A stretch of 64,000 nt of DNA from a virus, in IMG/VR virus record IMGVR_UViG_3300012017_000779, positions 18,179 to 82,178 of that record; one strand, written 5' to 3'. Position 1 is the stretch's first letter. Each line of letters begins with the position of its first letter. Below are positions 9,001-17,200 of the stretch, piece by piece. Below the pieces are notes generated by a model. The model did not search any database, was not told the origin of the DNA, and worked only from the letters and a program-made list of their open reading frames with translations. The position numbers and the translations under genes were made by a program.

Positions 9001-11208
9001 TTTTCTATCAAGACCTTTAAATATATCATCATTTATATCAATACCGGTATCAGTATCATTTGGATTAGCTGCTCCTGGAACAATAGTATTTTGAATAACA
9101 TCTGTTTCTGATTTTATTTCTTTAACTTCTTTAGTCTCAACTTTTTCTTTAGGTAAAGCTAAAAATTGACTTCTAAAAAATTCTCTTTGTTTATTAGTAA
9201 TAGCTGAAGGTTGTCCATTATAACTTGACATGTCTGTCCACTCATTTATAATTTTTGTAAATTGTTCTTGAGTATCAAATTCTCCTTTATCAAGAGCTGT
9301 TTTAATAACATTAAACAATACAAAACTTAAATTTTCATTAAAAGAAAATCCTTGACTATTAGTAGTAAAACCATCTGCAATTTTTTTTCTAGCTTTTTCT
9401 AAAAAATAATCATAAGATAATTCAGATTCAACTTCATCAGATTCTATACTTTCTTTTATATTATCAAAAGATACATCTTCTGCTGAAAAATTTACTACAA
9501 AATTAAAAACATCATTAGATATGTTTTTAAAATCTATATTAGGATTTAAACTAATAATTAAATCTAAATAATCAGCTTGAACAATTTCTTTTGTTTCTGT
9601 ATTATAATCATTATAAACATGATTTCCTTTAATAAATTCATTATTATAAAAAAGATATGGAGGATTATTAAAGAAAATATTTTTAATTTTAGTTTCATAA
9701 TCTTCAATACTATCATCAGATATATTAGATACATTTAATTCTTCAATAATTTCTTTAGAATCTTTGTCAATTATTTTAAATATTAAATTAGAACCTTCTT
9801 CTTTAATTAAAAAGTTTCTATTACCTTTAGAATCTAAGAATAAAAACTGCTTTACAAAATTTAATTTTACTTTATTTTTTAAATTTTTATTAGTTAAAAC
9901 TTTAGCAATTTTTATTGCAAGTTGATCTGACATTTTCATTCTGTCAATTTCAACTTTTTCATTTTTAAAAGATATAGTTGCTTTTTTAGATGAAGCATCA
10001 ATAGTTTTTAAACTCTCTTTATTAAACAGTGTACTATCTATTAATTCTTTTAACTTATATGTATCACTAATTTTATTTTCTGTAATACCAGTTGATATAT
10101 TTGTTATTGGTAATAATAAGTCTTCTGTATTTTTTTTATTTTTAATTTTATTTTGTAGAGCTAACAGTTGTTCTGATTCTTTTTTTAAAGTCTCTTTAAT
10201 TTCTTTAAGAAATAAAGCCTGGTCTTCAGCTGTAGAACCATTTATTTCTGGATCATAAGTATTTTTGTATATAGTTTCTGCAGATTGTATAGTTATAGCT
10301 TTACCATAAAAATCTTTTACAACTATTTTATTATTTTCAACAGAAGCATTTCTCATAAACTGATAAACAATTTTACCAGTTTCAGCTAAATTACCATCTT
10401 TGTCAAAATATAAAAACTTACCGTTTGTATCAGTGATTACTAAGATTATTTTTTCATCTGCCTGAATTACATTTTTTTGATTTTTTCCTTGTGATGATAA
10501 ATGTCTAGAATCTTTAACTTCAGTTATAGTAGTTGGATCAAGTAAACTTTCATTCTTAGTAAAAAAATCATTTAAAATAAATGGTTTAAACATTAATTTT
10601 TTACCCTGATACATAACAGTATATACATCCTCTTCCATATTTTGAGAAGCTGATATGTTTTCAAGTGCTTTTACTATATGTGCTCTACCGGGATCATCTT
10701 CTTCTATGATTAACTTCTTATTAGGATCTTTAGATTTTAATGTTTGTAATGTTCCACTCAATGGAGAAGCAGTTAATAATCTTTTTGATTTACTAAAAGG
10801 TTTTGGTGGTTCATTTTCATCATCTTCTTCTTCTTCAATTTCATTTGATTTTATTCTATCTATAATATCTTTTAAGTTTATTTTTTTATCTGATAAAGTA
10901 TCAATTATTATATTGATTGCATTATCTGACATATACTGCACATTTAATTTTCTTAAAGATGTTAAATCAACATCAATATTCATAAAAGATAAATTTGTAT
11001 TTGCTACATCAATAATTAATCTTGGTACAGACTGTAAATATTTAGCTGCTACTTCAGGTGACGTAGCTTCAGCAAACTTTTTATATAAACTTTTTAAATA
11101 ATTTTCATACTTAAAAACACCTTCTTTAGAAGATATTTTAAATTGAGCTGTTATGTGTGAATATAATAAACTAACAATTTCAGGATTATTAATTGAACAA
11201 GTAATCAT
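1..11208 (-). CDS. Giant virion-packaged two-barrel RNA polymerase polyprotein (crAss-like vRNAP), at least 3736 aa, 3'-truncated by the window edge
   Basis: ATG at 11208-11206 overlaps the upstream stop (TAATG) and reads MITCSINNPEIVSLLY. The frame was open at every spot check down to base 1, and the ORF track lists no minus-strand ORF here, as expected if there is no stop in the window. Hand translation gives YGPRIPND...GNAIIVPTEIVAKSGSDYDGDK (DYDGD at 4180-4194), SDGMAFMTIDAYR...GW, MHKFAVSPL, VTFKSGSK and NGILDRAKN, which match crAss-like vRNAP motifs. Confidence 0.92.
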   Translation of the reverse strand, partial: MITCSINNPEIVSLLYSHITAQFKISSKEGVFKYENYLKSLYKKFAEATSPEVAAKYLQSVPRLIIDVANTNLSFMNIDVDLTSLRKLNVQYMSDNAINIIIDTLSDKKINLKDIIDRIKSNEIEEEEDDENEPPKPFSKSKRLLTASPLSGTLQTLKSKDPNKKLIIEEDDPGRAHIVKALENISASQNMEEDVYTVMYQGKKLMFKPFILNDFFTKNESLLDPTTITEVKDSRHLSSQGKNQKNVIQADEKIILVITDTNGKFLYFDKDGNLAETGKIVYQFMRNASVENNKIVVKDFYGKAITIQSAETIYKNTYDPEINGSTAEDQALFLKEIKETLKKESEQLLALQNKIKNKKNTEDLLLPITNISTGITENKISDTYKLKELIDSTLFNKESLKTIDASSKKATISFKNEKVEIDRMKMSDQLAIKIAKVLTNKNLKNKVKLNFVKQFLFLDSKGNRNFLIKEEGSNLIFKIIDKDSKEIIEELNVSNISDDSIEDYETKIKNIFFNNPPYLFYNNEFIKGNHVYNDYNTETKEIVQADYLDLIISLNPNIDFKNISNDVFNFVVNFSAEDVSFDNIKESIESDEVESELSYDYFLEKARKKIADGFTTNSQGFSFNENLSFVLFNVIKTALDKGEFDTQEQFTKIINEWTDMSSYNGQPSAITNKQREFFRSQFLALPKEKVETKEVKEIKSETDVIQNTIVPGAANPNDTDTGIDINDDIFKGLDRKGFKKEKITQEQLEDINTWWNSKALEPLRKVISFKQVFNLVNSDVYATFIVNASKIANPDGSLATIAVNRKQGDIFQNLTLYHEAWHIFSQLFLTPQDKIKLYTELRNYTDSKGNKPNINKSYLELEEMLAEDFRNYAKNQKPSPETPVKNTLFRKMLNFLKALFGKLNVFSKKDILVDSMNSPMAKDLFNKLYIGEINSYKPLIENAILYELDRGIRKVNNPSIDILSNQDSLEVTMTIDNIWAELLSDIYNKRKAAGKQNLKAANVLFLKGIEQKEYLYRETKKILEDKLKKEQEKFNKIEGVTENYTELITDSISETVLSPEQSVILDNIRILQTTLDNWGSKGSGVIKYHSENSDFKTSKKVYDIAVDAKEETEQEEGVDELTIDAVPGKISLQDMLSKETIYVIKSLFKVVRNKNGDISTPVDRFGFKERADFSDIFNMLYAIIGNISDRDEAYKKLEKEYKKYPELKQFFEEKYPEPNTTNTFEYDLSVSFFNDFGKPNVKYVQLVASRDETVNFQVIELSMETSSIIEKWISEFNSLSIYNEFIDVVANVPNLNLDKVVSEFKQTKENELDINKQLEFANAIGIGLANNNNIKDELKNNSTPYGLKYIFRILNAFNNVDKLPQKTALQKKYIKDFKENPIKILKEEIPKNILPEIDKVNVIKQNTQIKNLAKLQSQYGFDSSTNAVIRADGNVAYETMNASSVTNNLYAINSVSKQDELWNGKNPILNHMNFLDPKINAFTKNLVMFQSLFGIDKVKIKGKNLNLIVIDGTSEMDGSGTITTKLDPFSKFIQDINMMLLNGKAELGRTADKKMSFGLTVKGGLLKPTLADGTKGTDDNIFVDPIMFTFQENTGETYAIEGYLLKYIESEFDRIKKFKGPDRDELLKISGFNQVVKKVKGKDVYAGEVFSAFDNLLSDKTKNELYKLAVKEDTISTLLELLKQKDNADLKNNIQNEIKKYFNDKVSELKKYYYNPIKEKNIFSKGIYKKLGMEVNNQADLNMLNENEELSDVLLKAFLYNDWIYKFETSTLLFGDIAQWDHSKEDWTKRIPGGTSDGIRFLFDEGTINFINNTFNKPTETNATYASELNKSLSKDNIDYNKYVFSEVINTGVIKDATRESIYIDDLVEAWREDYLKTFSEAETEERIKEDREAYEKIVESDGMAFMTIDAYRILHKVSGRGWSMEQESLYQKIVKGETIDPNTVKQFFPIYKLHLFGAIKNKYLPAIAMHKFAVSPLIPGVNAKEGSELYKLHLKMLKDNVQYVTFKSGSKGSELTSNKETDDIFEDKTENTGISDDFTFTINPVYLANLKEVTVINDTFKGSLPIATQTRVILTDTLYDNGELINPKNKKTLDSYSKIVNDYSALLKLKLLNEIGFTEKDGKYVSNGDFSKFIKIIRDNLDERDVPDHLIRLLNATKKGNAASMDFSIHPEAQTIEKLIMSIVQSRLIKQTINGEPLTQAASTFTNGLWNTQYKTITKVSEIKKVLGTNTLPSYIRNKNGRTGLMKVAIALQGDFINLLNGNDLQGNKIGTITRLNELIKDDAWLEKNRLSISLYGPRIPNDALSTIEGAEVWHFLDESYGNAIIVPTEIVAKSGSDYDGDKLFMSMPNIDIEGNYINTPIKNFNKILKETKDKEFTGTLELGALTSNKLIKQQEKYLQNQYIKISLDILTLPENFAILTKPNLTYLVEKYSKSLENNIVNEYNRLDNVSHTDSKVGEKNKSADGKKEIISPSRNYDYIYNLYKFAANLSLEPSLGIQAKNTKNHVLFKMLGAKMPKSYKNSVFNKNLREFEDGLIDIPFIIRFKHNIIKSKNGDEVISISGNKSQKGNRITDLNSHMLNGILDRAKNSFPFVLQLTPEGIGVISYLMQAGVDEEEVFYFVTQPLIREYFFKQRLENSSLNPLISTDAQFEKSNKYNIASEISNKILNTLAPDELQRVINSVTLLKLRTTIKSLEKIYPADDEYLIKDNKKQSFYYTLNELIKGLNNKKINPLNIISIKSNNNEVVYDIVKSLENKILDNKTKTYDFSNNYVYLSEVLSKELFKDDINISDLKESMNNDASLKSLALFLNFIELEKQYEGLETLQMIYAPDTSKLTTLQQVIKRIELFDKLKRNSKIDQEFLTALMKDSLLSSFNQDALMIDLIKPLFKLRLDKNISSFISEKLLKERARITRKFGKGVKGEEYFTSSYNNAVVDYIYQNYMSNFTDPVNGKHITIPKALSSKNVIIDNTIQQDVIVGKNIIVNEEKLKSDFDNKIFLNDDALDVFEKNKNPFQTFSSYVRYVMEREVLRDSLIDTEVTEEYLSEVALLKSFNSPYIMGKTKYSYSESIMNIINNFDDTKVNFPVLNHIVLKSNKRNINKVLSLNNKSLLTKEISSIYNKNLKDLADPTINKDKKSLEFFKPFSLILFYQHGFGNSKLSINRVLDAKKFTDEMIDASTFFINDLESKDFSFVTLNNIFSKVIDVKNRQFIEYTENADQYNNPVKKDIDDGIEIEFDLENEENIIKTKIISDDDIAAYNTYLEKSNGVKPKEFFTPSTFFKEFYNSQTGKNEKAPHSTSWILQKNNLYNLVDKDGGEIVIENVDLKTGYKITTGQPTQPPVSGDRPVFDSLPSKSTTPTMTYAGIGSRETPQEVLDVMPEVAKYLESLGYTLRSGGAAGADAAFEKGVTSLKEIFIGSVKTGEKELKIAEEIHPAWNVMLDSTRKKAITKGNDPERSAAFVANLMARNTNQIFGKNLDTPVDFVIFYAKETADPLRPKGGTGQAVEMARRKGIPTINMADTNWRAQLKTALATQSSTSVNSNDIYSQLENKNVVISNIKTKDGKYDRDANIKEAKANNRVYTMEVVSDVNSFSNPWASFNRTGTIKTNTTKEAVINYIDWLTTDKFKDVKPKRKAFILDVLKSGKLKGRQLQYYAELGEPSHATALDYLINKYDWSQPSTSAPIKKELEGLNEAREVYESLFIATGKPPITFTVGVSTWKLNKNFNYDLIDQDTG
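162..608. repeat. 18-bp direct repeats (162-179 and 591-608) flanking the DUF4326-like cassette
   Basis: cactagtagatggttgag vs cactagtagatgattgag (17/18 identical), 429 bp apart and in frame; they encode SQPSTS and TQSSTS. Confidence 0.7.
193..480 (-). other. DUF4326-like domain within the vRNAP polyprotein (Cys-less variant)
   Basis: SFSNPW...KEAVINYIDWL...LKGRQLQYY...PSHATALDYL resembles the DUF4326 pattern GNPF..eai..Y..wl..L.Gk.L.C.C.P..CH.dvL, but the cysteines are absent. Confidence 0.55.
637..1128 (-). other. SLOG (SMF/DprA-LOG) family domain within the vRNAP polyprotein
   Basis: Hand translation: TYAGIGSRETP...GYTLRSGGAAGADAAFEKG...HPAW...LMARNTNQIFG...TPVDFVIFY...GGTGQAVEMARRKGIPTINM. 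Confidence 0.85.
8580..8800 (-). other. Zincin-like metallopeptidase domain in the N-terminal part of the vRNAP polyprotein
   Basis: TLYHEAWHIF (HExxH at 8743-8757) followed by ELEEMLAEDF, which supplies a candidate third Zn ligand. Confidence 0.8.
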
Positions 11209-14200
11209 TATTGACAGTTTTTAATTTTGGTTAATAAATCATCTTCAATTTTTGTAATATTATCTTTTAATCCTATTTCAGTTGCTTTATTTTTATCTTC
11301 AGTAGAATTTATAAAAGTATCAGTAGTATTTTGTACTTCTTTTAAAATAGTTTTTTCAGACTCATTTGCTTCATAAGTACTTTCTTCAGATTTTAAATTT
11401 TCAATATCTTCAGAAGTTAAATAAAGGTCTTTATTTAATAAATCTTTTGTATTAACAATTGATTCTTTAGAATTTTTTCTATTTCCTTTTATAGTAATTT
11501 TATCTCCATCAACTTTCATAACTGTAACTTGTGTATAATCTTTATTATTTTTAAAATATCTTGAATTAACTTCTATAGGACTAACAAATTCTTCTTTAAC
11601 TTCACCATATAAAGATAGTAAATTATCTTTTAAATTAGTTAACTTTTCAATACTTCCTAGAATATTCTTTTTTTGAAAATCAATTTTTGCATATTGTAGT
11701 TTATTTGTTAATTTTAAAATTTCATTAGTTAATAAAGAATTATAATTTGTCTTATTTAAATTGCCAAGTACATTAACTGTATCTTGTAAATTCATATGAA
11801 AAGAAGATTGACCCATATAAGAAAATAATGTTTTTTGATATACTTTAAATTCTTGTGCATTAGAAGTATCATTTGCAATTAAATATTCAATTCTTATTAC
11901 AGCATTATGAATAAGTTCAGAAACTTCTGCCATATTTAAATCTTGAGATTCTATTGATTGATATTCTACATCAGTAATAATTTTAGTAGCATTTAAAATT
12001 TTAGCTGCCATTAATTGATTTTCATGAGGAGGTTTTGTACTATCTTCAAATGATTTATGTTTATCATAATAATTTTTAAACTTATTATCTCCATCTTCAG
12101 ATACTTTAAGTCTGTCAGCAATAAAAGCATTACTAATTGCTATATTTGAAATATCAGGTATAGTAATTGATTTTAATATATTTTCTAACTTATCTAAAGA
12201 TATTTGACTATTTTCTAAATCTTTTTTATAACTGTTAATAATAACTGCATTCTTATTTTTTAAAAGTTGTACTTCTTGTGATGTTTGTTTTATATCAGGA
12301 CTTTCAAAAGAAAAAGATTGAGCTCCTTCATCATCTTTAGGTGCTAATAAATCATCTATTTCTTCCGCAACACTTTCTAATGAAAGAGGAATAAATACAT
12401 CATTAATTGCATTATTAGGACCTGTTTTAAATATTTTTTCTTCAAAGTCTTTATCACCTTTAGGATCTTTAAACTTATTTTTCTTTACTTTACCATCATC
12501 ATCAAATTCATAAATTACTTCTTTTGCTAAACCTGCTGCTAATGGTTTTTTAGCAGAAATAATTTGATCTGTTTCTTTATCAGATTCTCTTTCTATTGGC
12601 AATAATCCTATTTCTGTTTCAACACCAGTTTGTCTTTTTAATAACTCTCTATACACTGCTTGTTGTAAAGTATATTCATTTCTTTTTGAATATTTTTTAT
12701 TATCAAAACTATTTGTTAGTGAATTAAAATTTGTCCATTTACTTTTAGAACCTGTTTTGATATCTATAATAAATGCATTACCTTTTTTATCAACTACAAT
12801 TAAATCTATTTCTCCAGCAATTCTATCTTTTTTACCTTCTTCAGTAACAATATTAGAATCCCAAACAACTAAATTATTACCTACAATATAGTAACCTTCA
12901 TCTTTAAATTTCTTACCTAGTTGAACTATATATCCAGTATCATCATTAAATAATTCTTCATATGCTTTTTTAGAAATTATTTTTTCATCAAACTCAGGTT
13001 TTTTTCCATATTGAAAATAATCTTTAATTAAATCTACATAGTTACCGGCAACTCTTCCATCTTCATAAGATTTTTCTGATATTAAATTTAATACTTTGTC
13101 AAAAAGTTCTTCATTGTTTATATCAGTTTCAACAGTTGTATCTAAAGCAGCTAGTTCTGTATTATTAATTGTAAATATTGCAAATCTACCATCTTCTTTT
13201 ACTTTTGTTAATAATCCTTTATCAACAGCTTTATTATGCATTTTAATAGCACCTTCACCAGCAGATTCAGTTTTTAATGTTTTAACACCTTTTGCTTTTA
13301 AGTATCTTATTAAAGTTTCAAACATTTTTGAACCTTGCCCTTTACCAACTTCATTAGCAGATATACCATCTATTCTAAATTCTGTAGGTGAAATCATTAC
13401 TCCACTAATAAGACCATCTTTAGTTTTAAATTGATATAAATCCCCATTAATTACAATATTATTAATAGTTCCAATTTCAATTTTTGAAATTTCTGGAGTT
13501 CCTAAATATTCTATATCAGCTTTAGTATCTGTAGTACCTAAAGCAGTTAGTTTTGCAGTTAAAGTTTTTAAGTCTGCATTTAAAGTTTTAACTCTATCTT
13601 TATTTTTTGCTTTTTTAGATAATGCAATATCTTCTTTTAAAGATTTAATTTGGTTATTTAAAGATTCAATTTTATTATTTACTACATTAGATGTTATAAA
13701 AGATTTTATATCTTTAGATAACTCAGTAAATAATTTATCATTAATACCTGATGCACCACCATCTTTTAAAAGTTTAATAAAGGCATCTACAGAAGCTTCA
13801 TTAAGACCATTTTTTCTAATAGTATCATCATATGATTTTTCTACTAGTTTATAACTACTATATTCATATTTTTCTAAATAAGCTTGTATAGCATTAGTAA
13901 CACGTCTGTGTACTAAGTTATCTATTAAATAGGCTTTATCTCCTTTTTTAAGACCTGTTACCGGGTCATCTTCAGTTAGTACATAATCTTTTTGAACTGA
14001 TTTATTTAATGCTATAAGTTTTTCTATTTCTTTAATTACCTTTTTTTGAGGAGTTGTTCTTTCCTGTAAACTTCTAGACTTATTAACTTTAAGTAATTTT
14101 TTTGTTTCTTCACTTAAAGTTTCAATTTCTAATTTTTTAATATTATAATTAGGATCATCTTCTTTAAGTTTAGATAATTCTTCTCTTAATTTATTTAATT

Positions 14201-17200
14201 CTTTACTTTTTTCATTAACAACAGCTATTATTTGATTAGTACTTAAATCATTAGTGTTAACAGTTTTATCATTATTTTGAAAAGTAAATTCTGATATTAA
14301 TTCAATATCTTTATTAAATTCATCAATGATAGTTTTTGCAGAAGCATCAGTATTAACCCAATCTTGAAATGCTTTTGAAGAAGCATCAGGAGCATTTATT
14401 TTATCTTCAGTTGTTTTACTTGGTAATGTAGTTTGAAAATCTTTGTAAAGTTTATCTTTTAATCCATCAGACATAGCTTTAAAATCTGATTCACCTATAA
14501 TATAAGGATCTTCAAATTCTAAATCAGTTAAACTTTTAGAAGTTTCAAAGTTTTTAATAATATCTAATTTCTCTTTAGCATATCTATTTTCTATTTCAGT
14601 TACTTTTATTGGATCTGGAATTAATTCTTCAGAGTAAACTTTATTTTCAGTAAATCTAGTTTTGTCATTTAAATCATATACATCTCCTGTTTCATCATTA
14701 TATCTTAATACTCCTTGATCATCTTTGTATAATATTATTGTTGTTTCAGAATTTTTTGGAGTAAGTTCAATATAAGAATTATTATTTAATATTTCATCAA
14801 CATTTTTAATACTGATTGATTTAGCATTTCCTTTTAATTCAATAGATTCTTCAGGAATTTGTGTAACTGTTTTTTCTAAAAGATCAAGTTCATTTTGTTT
14901 TTTTTCTTCTAATTTAACAAGTTCTTCAGTATAATCAGCTATTACATTACTTACTTCTGAAAATTTAGATTTTGCTTTTAGATCTCTATCTTTTGATAAA
15001 TACTTATCATATATTTCATTATATTTTACAGTATCTATTTTATAAACTTCTCCGTCTATTGAATTAAAAAACTCAGAGGGTCTAGTTCTTAGTGTTTGCC
15101 AGTCAGAATAGTCATTAGCACTCATATAAAGGCCTTCATCAGCCATTGCATTTAATAAGGCATTACTTTCAATATTAGCAATTTCTTGTTTAACTAAATC
15201 TCTAAAATATTTTTTTCTATTTTTATATAATCTTTTAGACCATTCTGTATTTTTTCTAACTAATCCATAAAAATTTTCAGGATCACTAAGTAATTCTATA
15301 TGAGATGCTAAATTTCTAGAGTCTTTATTTAATTTATAAAAGTCTACAAGTTGTACAAAAGCATCATCTAATTCTGTACTAAAAATATTAGTATCCTGAG
15401 CTTTTGCTAATGTACGTAAATAAGAGTCATGAGATTTTTTAAGATTACTTAATAGTTCAATCATTTTTTCTTCATCATCTTCTTTACCATATAACTTAGA
15501 CATTTTTTCTTCAATATCTTCAGCAGTAATATCTTGTTCTGTATCTTGTTGAAGTTCTTCTTGAACTTCTTTAGTGTATTCTGATCTATTAGTAAATCTA
15601 TTAAATGCATCATATGAAGTTTTAAACTCTTTTAAAGTTGAAATTTCTTCTTCTAAATCATTTATTTTAATTTTATCTGACTCTATAGTTGTAGAAGTTT
15701 TAGACTTAACTCCTTTTTTTAACATATCTAATTCTAACTCAAAAGAATTAATACTATCAGCTAATAACTTAACTTGAAATAATGGTGAAATTTTTGAACT
15801 ACTAACATTTTTTAAAGTACTATTTTTTAAATAAGTTTGCTTAATACTACTAATTCTATTTGCAACATCTTTAAATGCTTCATTTGCATAAACAATATTT
15901 TTAACTGCAACATCCCAACCATTTCTAAGAGCAGCAGCTTCTACATAATTAGGATCACTCCTATCAGGCATGTTGTCATTATTTATTGGATTTGGAAAAT
16001 TTTCAGAAACAGTTTCATAAGCTTCTTTTATAGAATCAATTTTATTTATAGTCTTGTCTATTTTTAATCTATATCTTTCAGCATCTTTTAAATCATCAAA
16101 CTTTAATTCTTCTTGTAATGCTTCATCAGAAACATCTCTTAATGATTTTAATTTATCTTGAAAAATTTCAGAAGAACCAGTTTTTATCATAGTAGAAACT
16201 TGGTTGATTAATGAATCTAACTCAGCATCTTTAGATTCTTTTGTATTTGCTTGTTCCTTTATTAAAGATAATGTATCTTGAGAACCTGCATTTACATATC
16301 TATTAGATAATAAATCATTTATATCAATCTTATTTAATTCATTTACCAAAGTATTTGTTACTGCTTCTTTTTGTTCTGTCCAAGCTTTATATCCTGCTTT
16401 ATCAAAAATTCTTCCATAAGCATTTTGTAACAATGAAAAAGTTTTGTTCATGCCTCCACCTAATGTTCCCATAAAAAAACCTGAAGCAAAAGTTTCAAAT
16501 CCTTGTGCTGAAAACTCTTTATTAAGTTCTTCATTGTAAATACTTAATGGTGTTCCTGAATTATTTTTTAGGTTAATACTATTAACAGCATTATTAAAAA
16601 GACTTGCTTTTAAATATGGACTATTATAAGAATCAGTATACCATTTTTCATTAGCTCTTGCAATAATTTCTTGTGCATTTTCTTGAAATCCTTCAGAAAA
16701 ATTAGATTTAAAATATTTAATAGAACCAAGTACTGATTTAGAAAGAGGTTGTTTCATCCAACTTTTTGCTAAATTTTTAAAACCTTGATATCCAACAGAT
16801 GATTGATATAAAAATTGTTTAGCTGTTTTATCATATAATACTTTACCTATGGTACCAAAAGATTTATGTGAAACATTCATTATATCTTGAGTAGCATTTT
16901 TAAAGTAATTTTTTATACCACCTTTATTTAAAATGTTTCCAAAAGTTATTTTATTTGTTCCATATATTAATCCAGCATTTTTATAAAAAGTTTCTAAACC
17001 AGATTTTACAGAAACTTTAGTCATATCCTCCTGTTCTTCATTAGTAGGGGCTCTTTTATTTCTTAAATAAAATTGATCATATTTATTATTATAAACTTTA
17101 TCCTGAACCATTCCTGCTTCTAATCTAGATTCAGATATGGCTGCATTTATACTTCTTACATCTTGATAAAATCCACCTGCAGTTTTAAAAGCTGTAGCTA

